The notes below the pieces were generated by a model that did no database searches, had not been told where the DNA came from, and worked only from the letters and a program-made list of their open reading frames with translations. Shown here in pieces: positions 31,647-39,529 of a DNA stretch of 52,077 nucleotides; the stretch's first letter is position 1; every line of letters begins with the position of its first letter. The translations under genes were made by a program, and so were the position numbers. Origin of the DNA: Bacteroidota bacterium (GTDB lineage: Bacteria > Bacteroidota > Bacteroidia > Bacteroidales > VadinHA17); assembly GCA_023430725.1 (NCBI GenBank), contig JAEYZD010000198.1:1-52077 (forward strand), in the 5' to 3' direction.

Positions 31647-32623
31647 GCAGCCTGATGCCATCAGCGCTGTCTGCTGCCATGGCAGAAGGACTGAGAGACA
31701 ATCCGGTCATCAACTATGCCATAGCCGTATTCATCGTTGTGGCCCTGATTTACCTTGCCGTTCTTCAGTTCTGGGTACTTCTTCGGACAAGAAAGCACCT
31801 GTCGGAGATGAAGAGCGCCTACAGGGAGATTGAAATACAGCGGTCAGAGCTCCAGCTTCGGAACAAGGACCTGACTGACAGCCTCAATTATGCCCGCAGG
31901 ATACAGGCGGCATTGCTCCCGTCGGAGCACCACATCCGGAGAATTTTTCCCGACTATTTTATCTATTACCGGCCGAAGCATATAGTAAGCGGCGACTTTT
32001 ACTGGTTCAGTGAGCGCGATGACAAGTATTTCATCGCGGCAGCCGACTGCACCGGCCATGGTGTCCCCGGCGCTCTGATGTCGATGATCGGGCTGGAGCT
32101 CATTCACAAGATTATAAACGATATGAAGGTGGATGACAGTGACCAGGTGCTGCTCACAATGAACCGCGAGCTCGAATCTGCCTTCTTCAAGGAGGAGAGT
32201 GGCAAACCGATCATTAAGGACGGCATCGAAATGAGCATCTGCATAATAGACAAGAAAACCAGGGTGATGGAGTTCTCCGGGGCGTTCCTGCCGGTATATA
32301 TTGTGCGTGATGACAAGCTCATTGAGATCAAGGGCGACAAGAAAAATGTGGTGCAGTCATTTGCAATGGTATCATTCAACCGCAGCACATTCACACTTCA
32401 GGAGGGTGATCTTCTTTATCTCTTCTCTGACGGGTATGCCGATCAGTTCGGAGGTCCGGAGAACAAAAAGTTCATGTACCGCCGCCTGAGACATATACTG
32501 CTGACCATCAGCAAATACCCTCTGCCTGATCAGCAGCGTATCCTTGACGAGACTATCGATTCATGGATGGAGGGCCATGACCAGATTGATGATATGATGA
32601 TTCTGGGTGTCAGACCTTTCTGA
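31643..32623 (+). CDS. Membrane-anchored PP2C/SpoIIE-family serine/threonine phosphatase
   Basis: One N-terminal TM (VINYAIAVFIVVALIYLAVLQFWVLL), a coiled segment, then SGDFYWF, AAADCTGHGVPGA, LFSDGYADQFG and DDMMILGV. GTG 31643 overlaps the UbiD stop as GTGA. ATG 31655 is an alternative start. Confidence 0.85.
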   Translation: MSSLMPSALSAAMAEGLRDNPVINYAIAVFIVVALIYLAVLQFWVLLRTRKHLSEMKSAYREIEIQRSELQLRNKDLTDSLNYARRIQAALLPSEHHIRRIFPDYFIYYRPKHIVSGDFYWFSERDDKYFIAAADCTGHGVPGALMSMIGLELIHKIINDMKVDDSDQVLLTMNRELESAFFKEESGKPIIKDGIEMSICIIDKKTRVMEFSGAFLPVYIVRDDKLIEIKGDKKNVVQSFAMVSFNRSTFTLQEGDLLYLFSDGYADQFGGPENKKFMYRRLRHILLTISKYPLPDQQRILDETIDSWMEGHDQIDDMMILGVRPF

Positions 32624-32723
32624 CGGGCGGCTCCGGCAAATCCTTCTGAACCGTGTCAGTGGCCGCCCGGGCCTGACAGTCCGGATCCGGAGGCTGTCGC
32701 CGAAACCCAGTCTATTTTCCTGA

Positions 32724-34055
32724 TCAGATCAGCGCAGTAATCTTTTCTATCAGGACATCCGGCTCAATCGGCTTGCTGATGTAGTCATCCATCCCCACGG
32801 CTAGGCACTGTTCCCTGTCGCCCAGCATTGCATTTGCGGTTATTGCAATGATAGGGATGTGGCCCCGGGTGCTCATCTCCAGGTTACGGATCTTCTCTGC
32901 AGCCACCAGCCCGTTCATCACAGGCATCTGCACATCCATAAGTATCATGTCATATCTGGCAGTCCCGAACATATCCAGCGCCTCCTTGCCGTTGCGGGCA
33001 ATCTCGAGCCTTTTTACCAGCGGCTCAAGCATCAGCTGAGTGATACGCTGATTGATCGGATTGTCTTCAACAAGCAGAATATTGAGGTCTTTCATCTCCT
33101 TCCTTCCCTTTTCAGGCTGCATTCCCTTTATGAGTGTGCTGGCGGCTGCAGGCTGGTTAAGTTTTTCAGCCTTGCGCATATTGATATGGAATACGAACCA
33201 TGATCCGGCACCGGTGGTGGATTCCTGCCAGGTTCCTCCGCTGTCGCGTATCAGTCTGCCTGCCAGAGGCCATGGCTGACGGCCCTCGCCGATGAACACA
33301 ACGGGGTTGTTGGATGAAAGGGTGAACTCTACTTTATGTTCTCCTTCCCTTACGCCGGCTTCCCTGGCCTGAATCTTGATCGAAACCTTGCCGGAGGTGC
33401 CTGAGATGGCAGCACTCAGAAGATCTATGAGTATCTGCTTCAGGATGATTGGGTCACCGCTGTATTCCCCGGCTCCCTCACCGCGGTCATCGTAGATCAC
33501 CACGCTCTGTTCATGCCGCTTGTTCAGCTTCATCAGCCCGATGGTGTCCTGAATGATAGGCCCGAGCCTGAATCGGATCTCTCCCCTGCGCTCGAAGGTT
33601 ATGTTTCCGGCCGTCTCCATTGTGAGCTCATTGACAACATCCACCATTGAACCGGTTGATGCAGTGAAGGTCTCGACAAGTTCCTGCTGCTTTGGTGATG
33701 TCGTTGTCTCGCTGAGCATGTTTCCCAGAAGGACGAGGTTGTTGAGCGGCTCCCTTATCTTGTGCGAGAAGGAGTTTATCACCTCCTCGTTTTTCTCTGC
33801 TATGTCTGCCAGCTCCCTGAGAATATTTCTGCTGTCGGATATCAGCCTCCGAAGTTCCGATATCGCCACCGCCAGGGGAATCAGAGCCATGGCACCGGCC
33901 ACATAAGGCACATAGACCAGGCCCGAAAGAGCTGTCACCAGCGCAATAATGACAAGCAGAAGCGCCAGTGCCACAGGCATGAGTATCCGGTCACGTGTCC
34001 TCCGGGTCATCAGATCCGAATGCGGAATCGGGGAGGGTTTTGTTCTGTTCGGCAT
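32724..34055 (-). CDS. Hybrid histidine-kinase-like protein (HisKA, degenerate HATPase, receiver domain)
   Basis: Two N-terminal TM segments. H-box FSHKIREPLNNL. The N, G1 and G2 boxes are degenerate (IDLLSAAIS; no DxGxG; no GxGLG). The receiver is intact (LLVEDNPIN, ILMDVQMP, AITANA, YISKP). Confidence 0.85.
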   Translation of the reverse strand: MPNRTKPSPIPHSDLMTRRTRDRILMPVALALLLVIIALVTALSGLVYVPYVAGAMALIPLAVAISELRRLISDSRNILRELADIAEKNEEVINSFSHKIREPLNNLVLLGNMLSETTTSPKQQELVETFTASTGSMVDVVNELTMETAGNITFERRGEIRFRLGPIIQDTIGLMKLNKRHEQSVVIYDDRGEGAGEYSGDPIILKQILIDLLSAAISGTSGKVSIKIQAREAGVREGEHKVEFTLSSNNPVVFIGEGRQPWPLAGRLIRDSGGTWQESTTGAGSWFVFHINMRKAEKLNQPAAASTLIKGMQPEKGRKEMKDLNILLVEDNPINQRITQLMLEPLVKRLEIARNGKEALDMFGTARYDMILMDVQMPVMNGLVAAEKIRNLEMSTRGHIPIIAITANAMLGDREQCLAVGMDDYISKPIEPDVLIEKITALI

Positions 34056-34083
34056 AATATGAGCGCAGTAGATTTACGTCACT

Positions 34084-34091
34084 CAAATATA
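34084..34091 (-). promoter_or_regulatory. Candidate -7 box (TATATTTG) for the hybrid kinase gene
   Basis: Plus-strand CAAATATA, 29 nt upstream of the ATG at 34055. Confidence 0.45.
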
Positions 34092-34144
34092 CATCAATTT
34101 CAATAAAGATAAAGTGAGGGCTGGCTACAGTACCTATAAAAGAT

Positions 34145-34152
34145 TATTTTTG
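34145..34152 (+). promoter_or_regulatory. Candidate -7 box (TATTTTTG) for the Tyr-rich protein gene
   Basis: Lies 43 nt upstream of ATG 34195. It lies inside the longer track ORF (34114), so the longer start is unlikely. Confidence 0.45.
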
Positions 34153-34194
34153 CCTTACGGTATAATTTTTGAAGTGAATCTGAAAAAGAGTGTG

Positions 34195-34935
34195 ATGAAA
34201 AAGGCAGCATTGACACTGATCCTTGCCCTTGCAGCAGCAGGGATGGCCCGGGCACAGCTGGGGGATACTCTTGTTCAGTATACTCCTGACTTCAAGTTCC
34301 GGGACGGGATTTACCTTAACTTCGACATGGTTAAGACGAACAGCCCCATTCCAAAGGCAAAACTGTTTACTTCGGTTGATTACAATGACAAGGACTTCTT
34401 TGACCAGGTGATCTCCTCAGAAAAGATCTACTTCTATGACAACCTGGGTGTAAGGAAGGAGATTGAGAAGGACAACATCTGGGGCTTTGCACGCAACGGT
34501 GTGCTTTATGCCAAAGTACAGGGAAACTTTAACCGCATCACCTTCTTCGGATCAATAATTCATTTTGTGGCTGACGTAACAACCCAGTCGGGATATAACC
34601 AGTACGGTTACTATGATCCGTACTATTCACCGTACAGGTCGCTCTATTCCCCCTATTACTACAGCCCTTACTCATCGCGGTACTATGACCCGTATTACAG
34701 CGGATACCCTTACCGGAACCCAGCACGCACCGATCTGAAGATGTTCATGATTGATTTCGAGACGGGCAAGACGTACGAGTACAACCTTGAGAACCTCGAG
34801 TTAATGCTGATGAGGGACCCGGAACTGTACGAGGAGTTTGTCTCGATGCGCAACAAGAACCAGAAAAAGATGATGTTCGTATACCTCAGAAAATTCAATG
34901 AAAGAAACCCGGTCCTTCTTCCTTCTGCAAAGTAA
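34195..34935 (+). CDS. Secreted hypothetical protein with a tyrosine-rich insert
   Basis: Signal peptide MKKAALTLILALAAAGMARAQ. The 45-aa segment SGYNQYGYYDPYYSPYRSLYSPYYYSPYSSRYYDPYYSGYPYRNP contains 18 Tyr. Confidence 0.7.
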   Translation: MKKAALTLILALAAAGMARAQLGDTLVQYTPDFKFRDGIYLNFDMVKTNSPIPKAKLFTSVDYNDKDFFDQVISSEKIYFYDNLGVRKEIEKDNIWGFARNGVLYAKVQGNFNRITFFGSIIHFVADVTTQSGYNQYGYYDPYYSPYRSLYSPYYYSPYSSRYYDPYYSGYPYRNPARTDLKMFMIDFETGKTYEYNLENLELMLMRDPELYEEFVSMRNKNQKKMMFVYLRKFNERNPVLLPSAK

Positions 34936-35509
34936 CAGGCTCCTTTGGATCCTTTTACTGACTCTCGTTCCTCTCTTTGTCCCAGCCACGGCACTGTCCC
35001 AGGAGAGGCCATGGCCCACCCCTGATGATGCAGCAAGGTTTCTGAAGTCAGTTACATGTGTTGTCAGGGAAGATGACCCTTTCTCCTTTTATAATGCTGA
35101 GATCAGGGATGCAGTAGACAAGTACTGGAAGGTCACCTCTGTAAAATATATCTCTGGTGAGGAGTTCAATGTGATGCGAAATGATCCGTCATATTCCTTC
35201 CTGGTTCTTACAATGACCAACTTCAGCAATGACAAATCAGGTTCGATATATGATTTCCTGAATCTTGTGCAGGGAGCTGAAGTGGATGAGCTGGACCAGC
35301 TTCCGGAGTTCTGCGCCATACCGCTCTGTTTCTCAGGAGCCCCGGAGGAGGAGTACAGTTACAAGCTGGGCCTCATTATAAGGTTTATGGAATATCATGC
35401 TGAGCTGGTGATGAAAAATCCGTCCACAACGGCTCTGCGGTATCTCAAATACTATAACAAGAATGTTCCTGAGATAAGAAACAAAACGATTTTTTTTTTT
35501 TATGATTAG
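34898..35509 (+). CDS. Hypothetical exported protein, N-terminal part of a possibly split gene
   Basis: 203 aa with a signal-like N-terminus (LLWILLLTLVPLFVPATALS). It overlaps the previous gene by 38 nt. It ends FFFYD-TAG, right after a T12 tract. Confidence 0.5.
   Translation: MKETRSFFLLQSNRLLWILLLTLVPLFVPATALSQERPWPTPDDAARFLKSVTCVVREDDPFSFYNAEIRDAVDKYWKVTSVKYISGEEFNVMRNDPSYSFLVLTMTNFSNDKSGSIYDFLNLVQGAEVDELDQLPEFCAIPLCFSGAPEEEYSYKLGLIIRFMEYHAELVMKNPSTTALRYLKYYNKNVPEIRNKTIFFFYD
35490..35501 (+). repeat. T12 homopolymer inside the coding sequence
   Basis: Twelve consecutive T encode IFFFY. They lie 6 nt before the in-frame TAG at 35507-35509. Confidence 0.9.
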
Positions 35510-35794
35510 GTGTCAACTGAGATCTACACCCTTGAAAGGATAGCTGTTCACTACCCCTACAAGGTGAGGATAGTTGATGAGGCTGAGATAATCCGCGCCA
35601 TTGAGGAGAAGGATAAGGATGTGCTGATAGTTCACAAGGTAGGACCTGACGGTGTCAAACAGACCGGTACATGCATGAAGACGCTTATCGGTACCGATGA
35701 TGCAGTGATGTATTACTATGACAGTCATATGGTTGACAGCAGGAATGCCAACGGTCTTCTCATAAGTGACCTTAAGAGACTGGCACGCTTCTGA
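35510..35794 (+). CDS. Hypothetical protein, C-terminal part of a possibly split gene
   Basis: 94 aa in the same frame as 34898-35509. The only start is a GTG that directly abuts the TAG. There is no internal Met until residue 55. Confidence 0.45.
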   Translation: MSTEIYTLERIAVHYPYKVRIVDEAEIIRAIEEKDKDVLIVHKVGPDGVKQTGTCMKTLIGTDDAVMYYYDSHMVDSRNANGLLISDLKRLARF

Positions 35795-35839
35795 CGATGC
35801 AGCATTTCACCGAATAAACCGTCTTTAAGAAAAAAAGCA

Positions 35840-36196
35840 ATGGAAGAGATGAAACCCTACACCCAGTCAGAGCGTGATTGGTCAATGTTCTGCCATCTGT
35901 CTGCATTCGCAGGCTTCTTTTTCCCCTTTGGCGGGATTATCGGTCCGCTGATTTGCTGGGTATCCAGGAAGGATGAATCCGAATGGGTCAACCTGAACGG
36001 CAAGGCCTCACTGAACTTCCAGATCTCGATGCTGCTTTACACGATATTGCTCATTCCGCTGTGCTTCATCATTGTTGGGATACCCCTTCTGGTGTCCCTC
36101 GGGATACTCGAAGTGATATGCGTCATTGTTGCCAGCATCAGGGCCGCAAAGGGCGAAGTGTTCAAATACCCGATCTCAATTCCGTTCATACAATAG
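35840..36196 (+). CDS. DUF4870-like small membrane protein
   Basis: 118 aa. ERDWSMFCHLSAF, GPLICWV and NFQISMLLY are typical of that family (from memory). Three TM segments. Confidence 0.7.
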   Translation: MEEMKPYTQSERDWSMFCHLSAFAGFFFPFGGIIGPLICWVSRKDESEWVNLNGKASLNFQISMLLYTILLIPLCFIIVGIPLLVSLGILEVICVIVASIRAAKGEVFKYPISIPFIQ

Positions 36197-36220
36197 ATAT
36201 TCCGTCATCGTGATATTGTT

Positions 36221-36243
36221 GCGGCAGGTCTCAGACCTGTCGC
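36221..36243. repeat. Palindromic REP-like element, copy C
   Basis: GCGGCAGGTCT-C-AGACCTGTCGC with one G-U position. Lies 25 nt after the stop at 36196. Confidence 0.65.
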
Positions 36244-36314
36244 TCCGTCATATTAATGCAGGATCTGCATCCTTGTCCTGATTTATGGCTCCCCTGCAGT
36301 CCGGCTCCTCGCTA

Positions 36315-36335
36315 TCCCGACATACTATGTCGGGA
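36315..36335 (+). promoter_or_regulatory. Perfect 9-bp inverted repeat upstream of the hisS promoter
   Basis: TCCCGACAT-act-ATGTCGGGA. The arm sequence recurs at 36368-36375 (TGTCGGGA) and 36382-36390 (TCCTGACAT). Confidence 0.45.
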
Positions 36336-36361
36336 ATTGACGCTCGGCCCCCATTTTTTCA

Positions 36362-36369
36362 TATTTTTG
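36362..36369 (+). promoter_or_regulatory. Candidate -7 box (TATTTTTG) for hisS
   Basis: Ends 19 nt upstream of ATG 36389. aTTGa at 36336-36340 (TTG 36337-36339) could serve as a -33 element. Confidence 0.45.
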
Positions 36370-36388
36370 TCGGGAAATCAATCCTGAC

Positions 36389-37756
36389 ATGTCCCAGAAA
36401 CCTTCCATACCAAAGGGCACGCGCGACTTCTCTCCCGCTGAGATGCTTCGCCGAAACCATATTTTCGGCATAATCCGCAAAAACTTTTCGCTCTGCGGGT
36501 ACCTCCCCATTGAGACACCTGCAATGGAGAACCTCTCCACACTGCTGGGTAAATATGGAGAGGAGGGTGACAGGCTCATCTTCAGGATCCTCAACTCGGG
36601 TAATTTTCTTGCGGATGTTGCGCCGGATACGCTCTCACGGGCTGATACCCCTGCTATTACTCAGAAAATCAGCGAAAAGGGGCTCAGGTATGACCTTACA
36701 GTCCCTTTCGCCCGTTACGTTGTGCAGCACCGCGACGAGATCACTTTTCCCTTTCGCAGGTACCAGATACAGCCTGTCTGGAGGGCTGACAAGCCTCAGA
36801 AGGGGAGATACAGGGAATTTTTTCAGTGCGATGTGGACGTGATTGGCAGTGACTCACTCCTCAACGAAGCCGAGCTGGTTCAGATTGTTGATCGGGTGTT
36901 TACTGATCTGAACATCAATATTATAGTTAAGATCAACAACCGTAAGATCCTTGCCGGAATTGCAGAGATTGCAGGTGCGGCCGACAAGATCACCGACATT
37001 ACTGTTGCAATTGACAAGCTCGAGAAGATCGGCAGTGACGGGGTGAGGCAGGAGCTGCTGCAACGGGGCATTGATTCTGATGCAATTGCCAGGCTGGAGC
37101 CGGTATTGAATCTGAGCGGGTCAGCCGGGGAGAAGCTCAGTGAGCTGAAAAATGTGATGGCTGCCTCGGCAATCGGGCTGAACGGTATCGGTGAGATGGA
37201 GGAGTTGATGGGTTACCTGGAGCTTCAGCCGCTGCGCTGCACAGTTGAGCTTGATCTATCCCTTGCTCGCGGACTGAACTACTACACAGGCACAATCATT
37301 GAGGTCAAGGCTGCCGACCTTCCTTTCGGAAGCATCTGTGGCGGCGGGAGGTACGATGACCTGACCGGTATCTTCGGCCTTCCCGGAGTATCAGGGGTGG
37401 GCGTCTCCTTCGGGGCGGACAGGATCTATGACGTCATGCTGCAGCTCAGTCTTTTCCCTGAGCAGACAGGCTCTTCCACGGAAGTGCTTGTAATAAACTT
37501 CGGGAAGGAGGAACTGCCATCACTGATGAAAATTGCCGGGTCACTCCGGGAGGCCGGCATAGCTGCCGAGCTCTACCCCGAGGCTGTGAAGCTCAAAAAG
37601 CAGTTCTCATATGCTGATGCAAGGATGATCCCCTTTGTGGTCATTGCCGGCAGCAACGAGCTTGCAGCCGGTCAGGCCACAGTTAAGAATATGAAGACAG
37701 GAGAACAGACAGCTGTTTCACTCTCTGCACTCCCGTCATTCATCAGGGAGAGTTAA
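36389..37756 (+). CDS. hisS: Histidine--tRNA ligase
   Basis: 455 aa. PKGTRDF, FRYQPVWR-like [32 protein letters not shown] and an anticodon-binding C-terminus. Confidence 0.96.
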   Translation: MSQKPSIPKGTRDFSPAEMLRRNHIFGIIRKNFSLCGYLPIETPAMENLSTLLGKYGEEGDRLIFRILNSGNFLADVAPDTLSRADTPAITQKISEKGLRYDLTVPFARYVVQHRDEITFPFRRYQIQPVWRADKPQKGRYREFFQCDVDVIGSDSLLNEAELVQIVDRVFTDLNINIIVKINNRKILAGIAEIAGAADKITDITVAIDKLEKIGSDGVRQELLQRGIDSDAIARLEPVLNLSGSAGEKLSELKNVMAASAIGLNGIGEMEELMGYLELQPLRCTVELDLSLARGLNYYTGTIIEVKAADLPFGSICGGGRYDDLTGIFGLPGVSGVGVSFGADRIYDVMLQLSLFPEQTGSSTEVLVINFGKEELPSLMKIAGSLREAGIAAELYPEAVKLKKQFSYADARMIPFVVIAGSNELAAGQATVKNMKTGEQTAVSLSALPSFIRES

Positions 37757-38284
37757 CTCCCCGGTGTTGCCGGCCTGACCTCCTCGGCCACGCATGCCGG
37801 GCTGACCGGGCTGACCGGTACCCTGCCGGCGCTGGTTGAGCTCGCGAAGCAATTGCTGTTTATACTGGTTCTCAACCTGGTACAGACGGATAATCTTCCC
37901 GGGAGGCAGTACCGCCTTAAGGCTCTCATTGAAGGATACAACCATTGCAGCCTCGTCGGAAAAGGTCTTGGCCAGCCTGTCAGCCGTTGACGCTAGTTCA
38001 GCTTCACTCATGTTTGCCTCATTCTGCGCAGCGTACCGCATAGTTGAGAGACGGTCGGCAAGCAGCCTGTTCTTCCTTGCAGAGTAGTCATTGTAGATTG
38101 GCCAGAATTTTTCAGCCTCTGCAGGCGTCAGATCGAGGTTCTTCGTAAAGAAAGCGATCTTGTAGGCCGTAAGCTTCTCCCCGTCAGGCTGCATTGCCCC
38201 CTGACCGTAGCCCTGTCCCTGGACTATCATGGCCCCAAAACCTGTCATCACCAGGATAATCAATGTAAAAATCAGTTTCTTCAT
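37736..38284 (-). CDS. Periplasmic helical protein (Spy/CpxP-like) with a Gly/Gln/Arg-rich tail
   Basis: Signal peptide [23 protein letters not shown] (start moved to ATG 38284). Third gene of the ECF sigma operon. Its last 7 codons overlap the hisS 3' end in antisense. Confidence 0.65.
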   Translation of the reverse strand: MKKLIFTLIILVMTGFGAMIVQGQGYGQGAMQPDGEKLTAYKIAFFTKNLDLTPAEAEKFWPIYNDYSARKNRLLADRLSTMRYAAQNEANMSEAELASTADRLAKTFSDEAAMVVSFNESLKAVLPPGKIIRLYQVENQYKQQLLRELNQRRQGTGQPGQPGMRGRGGQAGNTGELTLPDE

Positions 38285-38291
38285 CTTTGTT

Positions 38292-38828
38292 TTATAACAG
38301 TTCATAAATATCATTGAGATCAATATCCTCCGTCATCAGGTATTCTATGATGGCTTCTGATGAGATTTCCTCTTCAGTCATCACTCCGGGTTCTGATTCT
38401 GTCGCTGTCACTGTCCCTGTCACGAACAGCTCACTTTCAAGGGTGTAGGCATCAAGCTCCTCAAACGCCAGGTCGGCGTAAAGGCTGGCGCCTGGCTCAT
38501 AACCTTCAGCGGAGCCGCCGGTTGTCACAAGCCTGACCACAGCGGCTGCAAGAACTGCAAATCCCAGGATGGCGGCAGCCAGTGAAAAGAATGGCTTCAT
38601 GCTGATGATCCGCGCCTTTCCCGGAACCGTAGCCGCGGAAAGCTGTCTGGCACCGGGTGACTTCATATGCACTGTACCCGGCAATTCTCCTTTATCCTGC
38701 GCTTCCACGGTTCCGTCCCCGGACTCCGCCTCCCTGATGGCATCCATGGTTCGGTCAGCCAGCGATTCGAAGTAGCCGTCCGGCACCCTGAAGGGATTCT
38801 CCTTTTTTATTTCATCATTGAGTTTCAT
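38292..38828 (-). CDS. Putative anti-sigma factor (single-pass membrane protein)
   Basis: 178 aa with one central TM (FFSLAAAILGFAVLAAAVV). Lies immediately downstream of the ECF sigma gene. No zinc-binding HxxxCxxC motif. Confidence 0.55.
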   Translation of the reverse strand: MKLNDEIKKENPFRVPDGYFESLADRTMDAIREAESGDGTVEAQDKGELPGTVHMKSPGARQLSAATVPGKARIISMKPFFSLAAAILGFAVLAAAVVRLVTTGGSAEGYEPGASLYADLAFEELDAYTLESELFVTGTVTATESEPGVMTEEEISSEAIIEYLMTEDIDLNDIYELL

Positions 38829-38861
38829 GACATTTATTTGATGCCCTGTTGAGGCATAGGT

Positions 38862-39404
38862 TTAATCATCCCTTAAAAATTGCTCAATCTTTTTCACTGC
38901 ATGATGATACGATGCTTTCAGAGCCCCCACCGAGGTGCCTGTCATGCTGCTCATATCCTCATATGACATTTCATCAAAGTATTTCATATTGAATACAATG
39001 CGTTGCTTCTCAGGAAGCCCCATAATTGCATTCTGCAGCTTCACCTGCGCGGCGTCGCCGTCAAACCAGCTGCTTCCTTCAGCAGAATCTGAAAGAATAG
39101 CTTCCACATCATCAAGAGATACGCTGCTCTGCCGCTCCCTCTTCCTGATCAGCGTCAGGGCTTCATTGGTGGCTATTGACCAGAGCCAGGTAAGCAGCGA
39201 GCTGTCAAATCGGAAGGAGCCTATCTTTCGCCATGCGTTTATGAATGTGTTCTGGAGTGCGTCATCGGTGTCATCATGTGTGATGACCAGCCGTCGGATG
39301 TGCCAGTAGAGCTTTGAGCTGTAAGTATCAATTATCATCCGGAACGCCTTTTCGGCATCCGTGGCAAGAGCAGCCCTGATATCATCCTCGGTGAAATGTG
39401 ACAT
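38862..39404 (-). CDS. ECF-type RNA polymerase sigma-70 family factor
   Basis: 180 aa. Region 2 (HDDTDDALQNTFINAWR) and region 4 (SYEDMSSMTGTSVGALKASYHHAVKKI). Confidence 0.9.
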   Translation of the reverse strand: MSHFTEDDIRAALATDAEKAFRMIIDTYSSKLYWHIRRLVITHDDTDDALQNTFINAWRKIGSFRFDSSLLTWLWSIATNEALTLIRKRERQSSVSLDDVEAILSDSAEGSSWFDGDAAQVKLQNAIMGLPEKQRIVFNMKYFDEMSYEDMSSMTGTSVGALKASYHHAVKKIEQFLRDD

Positions 39405-39468
39405 TGACCTTTCCGGCAGTGTTTGTCAGTCAGACGCCAGAAGGCGTCCATGGTTTAATCTCCTCAAC

Positions 39469-39476
39469 CCAAAATT
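39469..39476 (-). promoter_or_regulatory. Candidate -7 box (TAATTTTG) for the ECF sigma operon
   Basis: The minus strand reads TTTGtTAATTTTG, about 65 nt upstream of the ATG at 39404. A GACGCC/GGCGTC hairpin (39432-39447) lies in the predicted leader. Confidence 0.4.
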
Positions 39477-39529
39477 AACAAAAAGTGCATGACACACTGT
39501 CCGTACGCCTGCCGATAGCCTCTTTTTGG

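Noticed and set aside
32624-32723. GC-rich palindromes between the convergent PP2C and kinase-like genes (GGGCGGC...GCCGCCC; GACAG-TCCGGATCCGGA-GGCTGTC) as a special element.
   Set aside because: They are most simply bidirectional terminator-like hairpins. They have no repeat copies elsewhere in the window and no similarity to the REP-like family.
35490-35501. The T12 tract as a phase-variation switch that fuses ORFs 34898-35509 and 35510-35794.
   Set aside because: The two ORFs are already in the same frame and are separated by TAG. T11 and T13 both run into nearby stops in the other frames. Tract-length change cannot restore a full-length product.
35507-35509. Stop-codon reassignment (TAG read as sense) as the explanation for the in-frame TAG.
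   Set aside because: TAG terminates clearly bounded conserved genes in this window (rpmC at 18428-18430, rplQ at 28307-28309, the bS22-like ORF at 48630-48632). Genome-wide recoding is therefore unlikely.
36315-36391. A classical transcription attenuator or T-box leader for hisS.
   Set aside because: An exact -7 promoter box (36362-36369) lies between the two hairpin pairs. The mRNA may therefore start inside the second pair. There is no specifier loop or T-box sequence, and no leader peptide with His codons. I kept it only as a repeated-motif observation.
37736-37756. A 21-nt convergent overlap between the hisS 3' end and the stop region of the minus-strand periplasmic protein gene.
   Set aside because: The overlap is real in the sequence but involves only a low-complexity C-terminal tail (GELTLPDE). 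Short convergent overlaps are common, and I see no structure or motif suggesting a function.
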